This document shows, piece by piece, positions 17,673 to 26,173 of a stretch of DNA of 64,000 nucleotides (position 1 is its first letter; every line of letters begins with the position of its first letter). The notes beneath the pieces were generated by a model that was given only the letters and a program-made list of their open reading frames with translations, was not told the origin of the DNA and made no database searches. The stretch comes from an uncultured Spartobacteria bacterium (lineage in GTDB: Bacteria > Verrucomicrobiota > Verrucomicrobiia > Chthoniobacterales > UBA6821): contig CAIPWR010000128.1 of NCBI GenBank assembly GCA_903868795.1, forward strand, positions 5,953 to 69,952, given 5' to 3'. Position numbers and translations under genes: made by a program.

Positions 17673-19238
17673 CTAACGCCCTTTGCCAAAGAGTACCACA
17701 TGGAGCGTCTTTAAGAGAACCTCGGCATCCAGCCTCATCGAAAAGTTCCGTATATAGTAGAGGTCATAGGAGAACTTTTGGAGCGTATCATCAAGCGACG
17801 CCCCATAGGGGTAATGTACTTGAGCCCATCCAGTGATGCCAGGGCGGACCAGATGTCGGAAGTGATAATGTGGGATCTGCTTTTCGTAATCACTCACAAG
17901 ACGCATCCACTCGGCCCTGGGACCGATCATGCTCATATCCCCGCGCAGCACATTCCATAGCTGGGGAAGTTCATCCAGACGTGTCTTCCGGAGAAAATTT
18001 CCAACCTTGGAAACCCGGCTATCACCTTCCCTCGTATAGCCGTCGCCCCGGTCGCTGCCGACACGCATGGTACGGAATTTATAGAGAGTGAAGGGTTTCC
18101 CGTGAACTCCCGCCCTCGGCTGGGAATAGATGATGGGAAATCCATCAAGGATCATGATGGCAGCCGCCGTTACCAGCATAATCGGAGCCACTAGGACGAG
18201 AAGGAACAGAACGAATACGAAATCAAGAAGCCTCTTCAATGCAGAATAGACCGAATGCTGAACCAGGACGAATTCCGTCTCGAGCGGCCAAGCAGGTCCC
18301 AGAAGCTGAAGTGGTATCCTGACCCAATAGTTTTCGTAAAAAGATTCCATCGTATAAACTGGCAGTTCCTCGAAATGGATGACTGAAAGGCGTCTCACGA
18401 CCTCCGGATCCAACTGATCCAGATCGGCAGCAACCACGATGGCCTCATATCCCAATGCGTTCTCCTGACCGAGATGAGGGAGCAGATGAGCCGCCTCCAG
18501 GATGGGGGCCGAGGTTCCCTTTCCGGCAAACGATTTGAAGCAAAGTTTCTTATCGGCCGCCACATAGCGAACCCCCTGATGCTGGCCGCTGGCTTCATAA
18601 TCGCTGTGGAAAACAGGCCCGAGGCAATCATCGACGATCACAAGAAATTTCCCCTCGGCGCGGAAGGTTGCGGCCCAGAACCAAAAAGACCGTCTGTACA
18701 AAAGCGAGAACGCCGCAAAAAGCACAAACGTCGTTGTGAAGATCGCCCTGCTCGAAGTCGGGTGAGGCCCAAAGGAAGCAACGACATAGAGAAGCAGGGC
18801 CGCCGCCGCCAACGCACAAGCACAGGCTATCAGATGCTCGCTTGCATACCGCAGGGAGGCAAAATCCATCCGCACCCTGTACCCCCCGACCAAGGCCAAC
18901 GACACCATGAGGATCACCATCGGCAGAAGGATGGCAGAGAGAGTGATATTATTGTATCCGCCGGTTACTTGGGAGAGAGCTAAATAAATGATCCCCCATA
19001 GCAAAATATCGAAGAGTGCGCAGAGTGGTGCGAAGAGCATCTGCCTCTTGGATCTCTTGGATCTCTTGGACTCACCGGACTGACCATTTGATTCCCTAGC
19101 GGAGGGATCGATAGTCATTGGATCGGCAGATTCAGGAGTCAACTCAGGGGATACTGGGATCATGAGTGTGATGGTGCCAATGACATCTGCATCAGTAGAA
19201 TCAGAATTTCTTCCGATAGCAAGAACGGGGCGGGTCAA
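17673..19238 (-). CDS. Exopolysaccharide-priming polyprenyl glycosylphosphotransferase (bacterial sugar transferase, WbaP/EpsB-like)
   Basis: The C-terminal sugar-transferase domain is present (PIIYSQPRAGVHGKPFTLYKFRTMR ... RLDELPQLWNVLRGDMSMIGPRAEW), preceded by several TM helices. The tracked start is a TTG at 19238. An ATG at 19040 (MLFAPL...), just before the first TM helix, is an alternative. Confidence 0.85.
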   Translation of the reverse strand: MTRPVLAIGRNSDSTDADVIGTITLMIPVSPELTPESADPMTIDPSARESNGQSGESKRSKRSKRQMLFAPLCALFDILLWGIIYLALSQVTGGYNNITLSAILLPMVILMVSLALVGGYRVRMDFASLRYASEHLIACACALAAAALLLYVVASFGPHPTSSRAIFTTTFVLFAAFSLLYRRSFWFWAATFRAEGKFLVIVDDCLGPVFHSDYEASGQHQGVRYVAADKKLCFKSFAGKGTSAPILEAAHLLPHLGQENALGYEAIVVAADLDQLDPEVVRRLSVIHFEELPVYTMESFYENYWVRIPLQLLGPAWPLETEFVLVQHSVYSALKRLLDFVFVLFLLVLVAPIMLVTAAAIMILDGFPIIYSQPRAGVHGKPFTLYKFRTMRVGSDRGDGYTREGDSRVSKVGNFLRKTRLDELPQLWNVLRGDMSMIGPRAEWMRLVSDYEKQIPHYHFRHLVRPGITGWAQVHYPYGASLDDTLQKFSYDLYYIRNFSMRLDAEVLLKTLHVVLFGKGR

Positions 19239-20455
19239 TCCAGAGCCTTCATGACAGGGAGGATTTGCATCACCTCCATCAGAATCATTGGCGAAAGATC
19301 CAGAGCCTTGAGAGCGACGCGAGCCTTATTCCCCTCACTCTTTACGAGATCAGGATCAGCTCGATAGCGGAGTATCACCTCCGCGAGGATGGCGTCATCG
19401 CCTGGAGCAATCACCTGCCCGATACCGTGCTCGAGGATCATTCGGGCCACCTCGGAATCCTTGGAGCCAACAAAGAGCGTTGGACGCGCCGCGGCCATCA
19501 CTCCATAAAATTTACTAGGGACGACCAGTCCTTCCATCCCCTCCTTCATTGTCACGAGATGAAGATCACCCGTTCCTAGACTTTCGGAAAGTGTTGCTGC
19601 GGGTTGCGGTGAGAGGAATCTGATATTTTCAAGTTTCCGAGCGAAAACCTCCCGGCGGATCAATGACTCCTCTGGCCCCTCGCCCACAAAGAGGAAAAGG
19701 ATATTTTTCTCCCCTTGCTCCTGAAGCCGTCGTGCAGCTCCGATAACCGTCGTAAAGTCGTGAGCCCTCCCCATGTTCCCGGAATACATGATGACGAATG
19801 CGTCACCTATACCGTGGGTCTCACGGAGAGCATTTCGCTCGCGCGGAAGGGCACAGGGAGTTGGTACGATCTCACCTTCCAGACCCGCGTTGGGCACCAC
19901 TCGAATCGCTTCTGAAGAAATCCCTCGTCCCACAAGCCGTTCAGCCATGCAGCGCCCGACCGCGAGCGTCAGATCATGGCGTTGAATACCCCAGGTTGAA
20001 AGCCGTCTCAGTATGCCGGCCAAGAAGCCTCCTTTTGGTAGCACCCCGCACTCCTCGGCCACTTCAGGATAGAGATCCTGTGCCCAATGGATCGGACGAG
20101 ATCCTTTCGTCGCTTTGATAATTGGGCCAATGACAACTAGCATCGGGGGATCGGTCTTCGTCACCACCACATCGTGGCGCGGTAGTCTGAGAGCCTTCAA
20201 AAGAAGACCAGGAATCATCAAGGCATAGCCAAGTGCTCGGGCAACCAGGGTCTTTTTGGAAAAAAGAATCCCGACACGAAAGATCCGAACTCCATCTTGC
20301 ACAGTCTCCCCGGCAGATTCTCGGGAAGCCGCCGTGGCAAGCACGGTGACATCCCATCCAGCTTTTACAAAGGAACGAGCCGCATGCTCCAGCACCCGAC
20401 CGGTCGCTCCTGAATCCGGGGGATACACTCGATTGATAAAGAGAATGGAGGGCAT
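19235..20455 (-). CDS. GT4 glycosyltransferase (WcaI-like)
   Basis: 406 aa. The N-terminus ILFINRVYPPDSGATG and the C-terminal nucleotide-sugar binding region (VVPSKFYGVMAAARPTLFVG) are typical of the WcaI-type GT4 group. Confidence 0.75.
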   Translation of the reverse strand: MPSILFINRVYPPDSGATGRVLEHAARSFVKAGWDVTVLATAASRESAGETVQDGVRIFRVGILFSKKTLVARALGYALMIPGLLLKALRLPRHDVVVTKTDPPMLVVIGPIIKATKGSRPIHWAQDLYPEVAEECGVLPKGGFLAGILRRLSTWGIQRHDLTLAVGRCMAERLVGRGISSEAIRVVPNAGLEGEIVPTPCALPRERNALRETHGIGDAFVIMYSGNMGRAHDFTTVIGAARRLQEQGEKNILFLFVGEGPEESLIRREVFARKLENIRFLSPQPAATLSESLGTGDLHLVTMKEGMEGLVVPSKFYGVMAAARPTLFVGSKDSEVARMILEHGIGQVIAPGDDAILAEVILRYRADPDLVKSEGNKARVALKALDLSPMILMEVMQILPVMKALD

Positions 20456-20523
20456 CTAAAAAGTCTGAAGGATAAATGTTAAAGGCTAAAACGAAAGCCA
20501 AAGGATCTCCGCACAACTTGCTA

Positions 20524-21141
20524 TTAAGGCTTTTCTCCCTTGGTCCCCGTCTCTCGGCGCTCGTCCAGTCGCGGGGATACGCCGTACAGTATCCAGTATT
20601 CGGCAGTTTTCAGAAATTCAAGCGCCGCGAATCTGTTGACATCACTGCGTCCTTCGGGAACGCCCCACCACCCTATGGAGGCATCCGTCACCCCGAAGGC
20701 GATCCCAGGCATCACCTTCCGGAAGGTTGCCAAGGCACGCCTAGTATGGAAGGGAGAGGTGACGATCAATGCCGACCGAACCTTTGCAGCTTCCAACATC
20801 GGCTTTAAAAGCACTGCATTGGCGTGAGTGGTTCTCGCCTTGGACTCCACAGTGATTGCCACGGCAGGAACCCCCCTCTCCAAAAGAACCTTACGAATCG
20901 TACTGGCGTCACCAATACCAGTCACAAAGACCTTGGACGCCACACCCAACTTGTAGAGACGGGCCGCCTCCTGCGGACGCGCAAGCGGCTCCCCTCCCAG
21001 GACAATAAGTGCATCGGCATGCCTCATAGGAACGGAGACAACCAAATACTCTTTCCAAAAGTGAGTAAATCCGGCCCCTCCGATAATAAAAAAGGCGCAG
21101 GCAACAAGTGCCAGCGCCACGAGGAAGAAGAACTTTTTCAT
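20524..21141 (-). CDS. YdcF/ElyC family (DUF218) protein
   Basis: 205 aa with an N-terminal TM/signal segment. The blocks ADALIVLGGE and LIVTSPFHTRRA are characteristic of DUF218. Confidence 0.7.
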   Translation of the reverse strand: MKKFFFLVALALVACAFFIIGGAGFTHFWKEYLVVSVPMRHADALIVLGGEPLARPQEAARLYKLGVASKVFVTGIGDASTIRKVLLERGVPAVAITVESKARTTHANAVLLKPMLEAAKVRSALIVTSPFHTRRALATFRKVMPGIAFGVTDASIGWWGVPEGRSDVNRFAALEFLKTAEYWILYGVSPRLDERRETGTKGEKP

Positions 21142-21671
21142 CAGCTGCTTCGAGGAACAGCAGGATTACCCACCAGCACTTGATCCGCACCATGGCTTTT
21201 CAGAACGACTGATCCAGCCGAGCAGAGCGTTCCTTTACCAAGAGTAACTCCGGCTCCGATAAAGACATTCGCAGCGATCCAGCATCCCTCCCTGATCGAT
21301 ATCGGTTTCGTCACGAGATCGAAATTCTCACTCTTGAATTGATGTGATCCCGTGCAGAGAAAAGCTCTCTGTGAAATACAGACATGAGAGGCGATCGTCA
21401 CTTGATCGAGACTCAGGATCAGCACCTCGTCACCGATCCAGACATGATCCCCTAGGGTTACCTTCCAAGGGAAGGTAATGTTTACCCGAGAACGAATCAC
21501 CACACCCCGCCCCACCTTGGCACCGAAGAGACGGAGCGCAGCGACCTTGATAGATGATGGAATCGGAAACCATGGAGCGAAAAGAACCGATCTCACCACC
21601 CACCACAGGGCCTCCTTGATCTTGGAAGCCCCTCGGCTGAAATAAGAGTTATCGTAGTGATCAAGTCTCAT
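21141..21671 (-). CDS. Hexapeptide-repeat O-acetyltransferase (WcaF-like)
   Basis: 176 aa. The N-terminus (YFSRGASKIKEALWWVV...LFGAKVG) and the left-handed beta-helix repeats match WcaF-type colanic-acid acetyltransferases. Confidence 0.8.
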   Translation of the reverse strand: MRLDHYDNSYFSRGASKIKEALWWVVRSVLFAPWFPIPSSIKVAALRLFGAKVGRGVVIRSRVNITFPWKVTLGDHVWIGDEVLILSLDQVTIASHVCISQRAFLCTGSHQFKSENFDLVTKPISIREGCWIAANVFIGAGVTLGKGTLCSAGSVVLKSHGADQVLVGNPAVPRSS

Positions 21672-21686
21672 TCAATTGGTATGCCC

Positions 21687-22490
21687 TCAGATGATCATCG
21701 TGGGCCAGCAACCACGCAGTGACGGATAGTGGATTTTTAGGGAGGGATCGGAGCGGATCCAGCCGGGATGACCGCGATCATCCACAAAGGCCACCCCGAT
21801 CGGCATATTCGGATTCTCGTCGGCCAGTTGTGTCATCTCCTCACGTGCACTATCGGAGACAGTAATCCACTCCTCCTTCAAAGCTACAGGATCGAGCTTG
21901 CGTGCTTGAATTTCCTCAAGCTTTGCCGGATCGATCCGAGCAAAACGGATCATCATCTTAAAAAGGGAAAGCGGATTGAATCCAGGGTCCTTGCCACAGG
22001 CGGCCCAGACGATGGCCTCCAGCGGAAAATGGCGCGTCAATTCCACCATATCCACATAATCCCTAGTCTCCATGCGCGCCGAGAGGGCCAACGCCTTATT
22101 GGTTGCCATGTCGAACAGATGCAACCTCCAACCCAGCAGATCATCTTGGACAATGGGGAAAAACCGGAACGCTGAATCCTGAGCCCAGTCGAGCTCGACT
22201 TTCTCAGAACCCCTTATCACAGAAGCCTTGCGGAATGAAACCGGCTTTGACCACTCCCCGTCACGTTCCACCTTAGTGACTTCAAATCCAGCGGATTGGA
22301 GAGCCATTAGATCCTTCAGACTTGAAGCGACCAGATCCTCCACGGCCTCGTGGAAGAAATCGAAATCCCGTGAGTAACGTGCCGAATCCTCAGGGGCATT
22401 CAGCACAAGCCCCCCGGCTACATGACTACTCTCGGATCGATTCCCCGCAAGAACCGCCATCACCTCTTTCTGAAAAGCCGTGAGGGGCAT
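21687..22490 (-). CDS. Nucleotidyltransferase, AbiEii/AbiGii toxin family-like (DUF1814)
   Basis: The N-terminal block HVAGGLVLNAPEDSARYSRDFDFF fits the GG..L...R.S.D.DFF signature, and the downstream block is ETRDYVDMVEL. I chose the ATG at 22490 (MPLTAF...) because it avoids overlap with the upstream small ORF; the tracked start is 22538. Confidence 0.55.
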   Translation of the reverse strand: MPLTAFQKEVMAVLAGNRSESSHVAGGLVLNAPEDSARYSRDFDFFHEAVEDLVASSLKDLMALQSAGFEVTKVERDGEWSKPVSFRKASVIRGSEKVELDWAQDSAFRFFPIVQDDLLGWRLHLFDMATNKALALSARMETRDYVDMVELTRHFPLEAIVWAACGKDPGFNPLSLFKMMIRFARIDPAKLEEIQARKLDPVALKEEWITVSDSAREEMTQLADENPNMPIGVAFVDDRGHPGWIRSDPSLKIHYPSLRGCWPTMII

Positions 22491-22501
22491 GGAATTATTA
22501 T

Positions 22502-22729
22502 CTAAAGACTGCGCTGCAGATCCGCGGCGGCAGCCCATGCCTTTTTATCCCCATAATCACGGAGGTGTTCGATGACCAGCCTCACATCATCGGTAAATCG
22601 TACAGTGGCGTCGGGATGGCGAAACCAGAAGCACTCGGAAAATTGCTGAACTAGCGCAGTCGCACGGGCAATCAACTCGGGAGAAGCCTCAACTCGTACT
22701 GGGAGATCTATGGCCGATCCAGTAATCAT
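22502..22729 (-). CDS. Small hypothetical protein, candidate partner/antitoxin of the AbiEii-like gene
   Basis: 75-aa ORF lying 11 nt upstream of the AbiEii-like gene on the same strand. I recognise no family. The antitoxin call rests on position alone. Confidence 0.35.
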   Translation of the reverse strand: MITGSAIDLPVRVEASPELIARATALVQQFSECFWFRHPDATVRFTDDVRLVIEHLRDYGDKKAWAAAADLQRSL

Positions 22730-22785
22730 GCCTTTACATTAGGCGATACCATGGGAATTGACAACTGCTGGCAAGACAGAACCCT

Positions 22786-24015
22786 TCACCGACTCGCTAT
22801 CACCGATCCAGGTCGTGTTCCACCTCCCAGCATCCAATCGTAAACTTGCTTCATCTCTTCAGCAACCGTCTGCCAGGTGAATTTTTGCCGAACCAGCTCT
22901 TTGCCCCTAGCGCCCATCTCTTTCAAATCGGCATCACTCATGGAGAAGAGGGAATCAAGTCCCTCCGCGATGCTCTCGACCCCCGTCTCGACACGGATTG
23001 CGGCATCGGCGTCAAACCCCTCCGGCAGATTGCATTCAGGAGTCATCACCACAGGCAATTGGTACGACCACGCCTCCAGCACCGACATTGGAAGCCCCTC
23101 GCTAAAGGAAGGGAGGACAAATGCATCAGCACTGCGGAGCAATGACTTCTTCTCCTCACCAAAAGCCGGTCCGTGGAAAATGACATCGGCATCTGACTGC
23201 TCTCTGTTGATCGCAGAAGCTCGTCTTTCGAATTTTATCCTCAGTTCTTTGCAAAGCTCAATGAGCTCAGCCTCATGACCGCCCTGATCCCAGCCTGCGA
23301 TCACAAGTTGCCAAGGGCACTCTTGTTTTAACCTTCCGCTTTTAGCCTTTATCCTCTCTGCAAACGCCCTCAGGGCATTTGGCAGCCCTTTTTTCGGATG
23401 AACCCTCCCCAGAAAAAGCAGTGTCTTTTTCCCCCCTTTATCTACCTTCAACCTTTCAACTTCCACATGTTCTTCCTCCGGCAAATCAATCCCGTTCGGA
23501 ATGATGACGATGGGATTTTTTAATCCAAATGTCCTGAACGACGTTGCCTCCGATTCACACAGGGCACGCATGACGGAAGCCCCTTGCAGATGAGCACGTT
23601 CATAGAGCCAGTAAGCCGGGATTTTTTTCCACCGGGAATTTCTTACCGCCCACGGATCCAACATCCCATGCGGCGAAATCATGTAAGGAATCCTGAGTCT
23701 TTTTGCATAAGCATGGGTTGCCATGCTCGAATAGATCCAAATTCCGTGGGTATGAATGAGATGGGGACGGTAGAGCTTCAGGAACTCAGCATACTCGCTA
23801 GAATAGCCGAACTGCTTAGGGCCTAGCGTTCTGAACGCTCGTACAGTCACAGGATCCCATGCTGCGATATCCACCTGTGTAAACTCGTCAAAGCTCCCAA
23901 GAATAGTCACCTCAAGTCCCGTTACCTGTAGCTCCTGGACAAGTCGACGTACACTCTCATACAATCCCCCTGCTGAACGGGAAACTGGTCCTGTAAGATT
24001 AGCAGTGCGAATCAT
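22786..24015 (-). CDS. GT4 glycosyltransferase
   Basis: 409 aa with the GT4 C-terminal domain (LLFLGRVHPKKG ... PSFSEGLPMSVLEAWSYQLPVV). Confidence 0.8.
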   Translation of the reverse strand: MIRTANLTGPVSRSAGGLYESVRRLVQELQVTGLEVTILGSFDEFTQVDIAAWDPVTVRAFRTLGPKQFGYSSEYAEFLKLYRPHLIHTHGIWIYSSMATHAYAKRLRIPYMISPHGMLDPWAVRNSRWKKIPAYWLYERAHLQGASVMRALCESEATSFRTFGLKNPIVIIPNGIDLPEEEHVEVERLKVDKGGKKTLLFLGRVHPKKGLPNALRAFAERIKAKSGRLKQECPWQLVIAGWDQGGHEAELIELCKELRIKFERRASAINREQSDADVIFHGPAFGEEKKSLLRSADAFVLPSFSEGLPMSVLEAWSYQLPVVMTPECNLPEGFDADAAIRVETGVESIAEGLDSLFSMSDADLKEMGARGKELVRQKFTWQTVAEEMKQVYDWMLGGGTRPGSVIASR

Positions 24016-24128
24016 AAAAAAGGTTGGATGCCAAGCTGCTAGCGGGGTCCGCGAAGCAACCCGTCACTTCTTGCAATCATCCATAGAGTCTAGTTTTCTT
24101 AAACAAGAAAAGCCACATTTTCCGAAGA

Positions 24129-24827
24129 ATGAATACCCTCCCCCGTGCCCTTAAAAATACCGTCAGCTTGCTTATTCCAGCAATGTACTTGGGGATTGTA
24201 CTGCTCTATGACTGGCAAGCCGAATATGAGACGATTTCCCCTCCTTTGCTTTCCATAGGGCTTCTGCTGTTTTCACTGCTGCTCGGACCGATATGGATTT
24301 GCTGCTGGGGAACGATTTATTCCCTCGTGGTGATGCAAATCCTCCTCAATCCTCAGTTATACGCATTGTTAAGCGCAGGAAATTTACCCGCCGAGTTGCA
24401 TTCACATAAATTTAGATTAGTTGGCTTTATCTGCACCGCATCTTTTGCCTGTCTTTTTTCATATCTCCTAACAGCAACACGAAAAAGCCGAGATACACTG
24501 AATCAAGTCATCCTCAGCATGCCTCTTCCCGTAATCATTTCAGACATTGAAGGTAATATCCTGCATCTTAATGAAAAAACTAGGAGCCTTCTTGAGCTGG
24601 GTGAAACTAAGGAATATCCTAACTATTTCGATGCTTTGGCCCCCAAAAGGAAACAAGGAAAATGCATTTCTGCTTATCTCTCCCTTTTCCAAGAGAGAAC
24701 TCAAAACGGATCCCCGAAGGAAACTCAACTTCAACTAGAAATCGAGGGACAGCCAATCATTGCTCAAGTGAGTATTCTCAACACAAAGCCTCGCCAACTC
24801 GTCACCATACTCTCCAAGCAGGGCTAA
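24129..24827 (+). CDS. Membrane protein with a C-terminal PAS-like sensor fold
   Basis: 232 aa with about four hydrophobic helices, followed by a ~100-aa segment that starts like a PAS domain (LNQVILSMPLPVIISDIEGNILHLNEKTRSLLEL). It is visibly AT-rich and is the only plus-strand gene between 7.2 and 55.2 kb. Confidence 0.4.
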   Translation: MNTLPRALKNTVSLLIPAMYLGIVLLYDWQAEYETISPPLLSIGLLLFSLLLGPIWICCWGTIYSLVVMQILLNPQLYALLSAGNLPAELHSHKFRLVGFICTASFACLFSYLLTATRKSRDTLNQVILSMPLPVIISDIEGNILHLNEKTRSLLELGETKEYPNYFDALAPKRKQGKCISAYLSLFQERTQNGSPKETQLQLEIEGQPIIAQVSILNTKPRQLVTILSKQG

Positions 24828-24877
24828 TTCTCAGGGCTCAAAAGCACCTGTCGGACGAATGTGTCTTTTGCCTTTGT

Positions 24878-26152
24878 CTACCTGCGTATCATTACCCAAA
24901 GAATTAGTCGATCGAGCAACCCAATTTTCTTTATTGGTATTGAAAACGCAGCCTGAAGGGCCCCAGTCAGACCCGAAGCAAAACGATCAGGCCCCCACTC
25001 TGCGATGACCTCACGGCTTCTCGCCCCCATCCGCTCCCGGGCATCCTCATCGGAGGCAATCCTCAGCATCAGATCGGCTATCTGCTCCTCGTTTGTGGGA
25101 TCGAAGGTCCAGCCATTCTCACTCTCCCTCAACAGATCAGAGGCACAGCCACACCTATTACTTACTAGGACAGGAAGTCCCGAGGCCATTGCCTCGTTAA
25201 CGACCAACCCCCACTGCTCTGTCGTGCTGGCATGGATGAAGGCCCCCGCCAGGGCATAATAAGCGGGCAGTTCTTCATATTGTTTGAAGCCCGGCATCTG
25301 AACACAATCCTCAAGCCCCAGATGGGAACGCAACTTCTCCAGTTCAGGCCTCAGATGACCATCACCAAGAAGGATAAGATCCCATGGGGCTATGCTCCCC
25401 GAAGCCGTTTCATTTATAGCCTTTAGCCTTTCGAATTTCGCCTTTTCTTGAGCCTTTCCCCGATACATCGCATAGGCCCGGAGTAGCCTAGGCAGATTCT
25501 TCTTCTCGATGAACCGGGCCGACGCCAGTAAATAGGGACTTTTCCGATTTAGTAAGTCTCCACTTCCGCCTTTAGACTTTAACCTTGGCTGGCCCAGCCG
25601 TTGCTTTGCATCCGTTACGGCGCCTTCAGTCTCGAAAAATCCGTTATCCACTGCATCGTATCCCAAAAAGATCCGATCCAAAGGCATTCCCAGTTCCTGC
25701 ATGTAGGCCCGATGAGGAGTTCCTCCGACCAACGCCGCGGAGAAGAGTCCAATGATCCTGCGCTTGATCCACTCTTTGATCGGATTTCGTGCCTCATCCC
25801 ACTGCGTCGACTCCGACATACAGATAACCGGTGCACGATGGAGAAGTCCCCATCGGAGGGCCATCAGAGCACCGCGATACCCCCAACCGGGTACTACGAG
25901 CACCTCGGGTTTGTAATCATCAAAAACATGGAACAGGCGCTTCTGGAATTCTTCGGTCGACAGGTCTCGACTTGCCCCTTGGTTATTCAAGGCGACGCTT
26001 TTCACCCCCTCTACATCGGAAGCCTTCCAGTCATACTCGGCGCTCGAACTGCCGAACTCCACGGCCAGCACATCGCACACGCCTGAGGCCGCCTTCAGTC
26101 GAGCCAGATGATACGGGCCGAAATTATCAAAAAGGATGGCAACGCGGCTCAT
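24878..26152 (-). CDS. GT4 glycosyltransferase
   Basis: 424 aa with the GT4 C-terminal block HASTTEQWGLVVNEAMASGLPVLVSNRCG. It carries two K/A/E/G-rich low-complexity inserts. Confidence 0.8.
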   Translation of the reverse strand: MSRVAILFDNFGPYHLARLKAASGVCDVLAVEFGSSSAEYDWKASDVEGVKSVALNNQGASRDLSTEEFQKRLFHVFDDYKPEVLVVPGWGYRGALMALRWGLLHRAPVICMSESTQWDEARNPIKEWIKRRIIGLFSAALVGGTPHRAYMQELGMPLDRIFLGYDAVDNGFFETEGAVTDAKQRLGQPRLKSKGGSGDLLNRKSPYLLASARFIEKKNLPRLLRAYAMYRGKAQEKAKFERLKAINETASGSIAPWDLILLGDGHLRPELEKLRSHLGLEDCVQMPGFKQYEELPAYYALAGAFIHASTTEQWGLVVNEAMASGLPVLVSNRCGCASDLLRESENGWTFDPTNEEQIADLMLRIASDEDARERMGARSREVIAEWGPDRFASGLTGALQAAFSIPIKKIGLLDRLILWVMIRR

Positions 26153-26173
26153 AAAAAAGGCGGCATCACCTTA

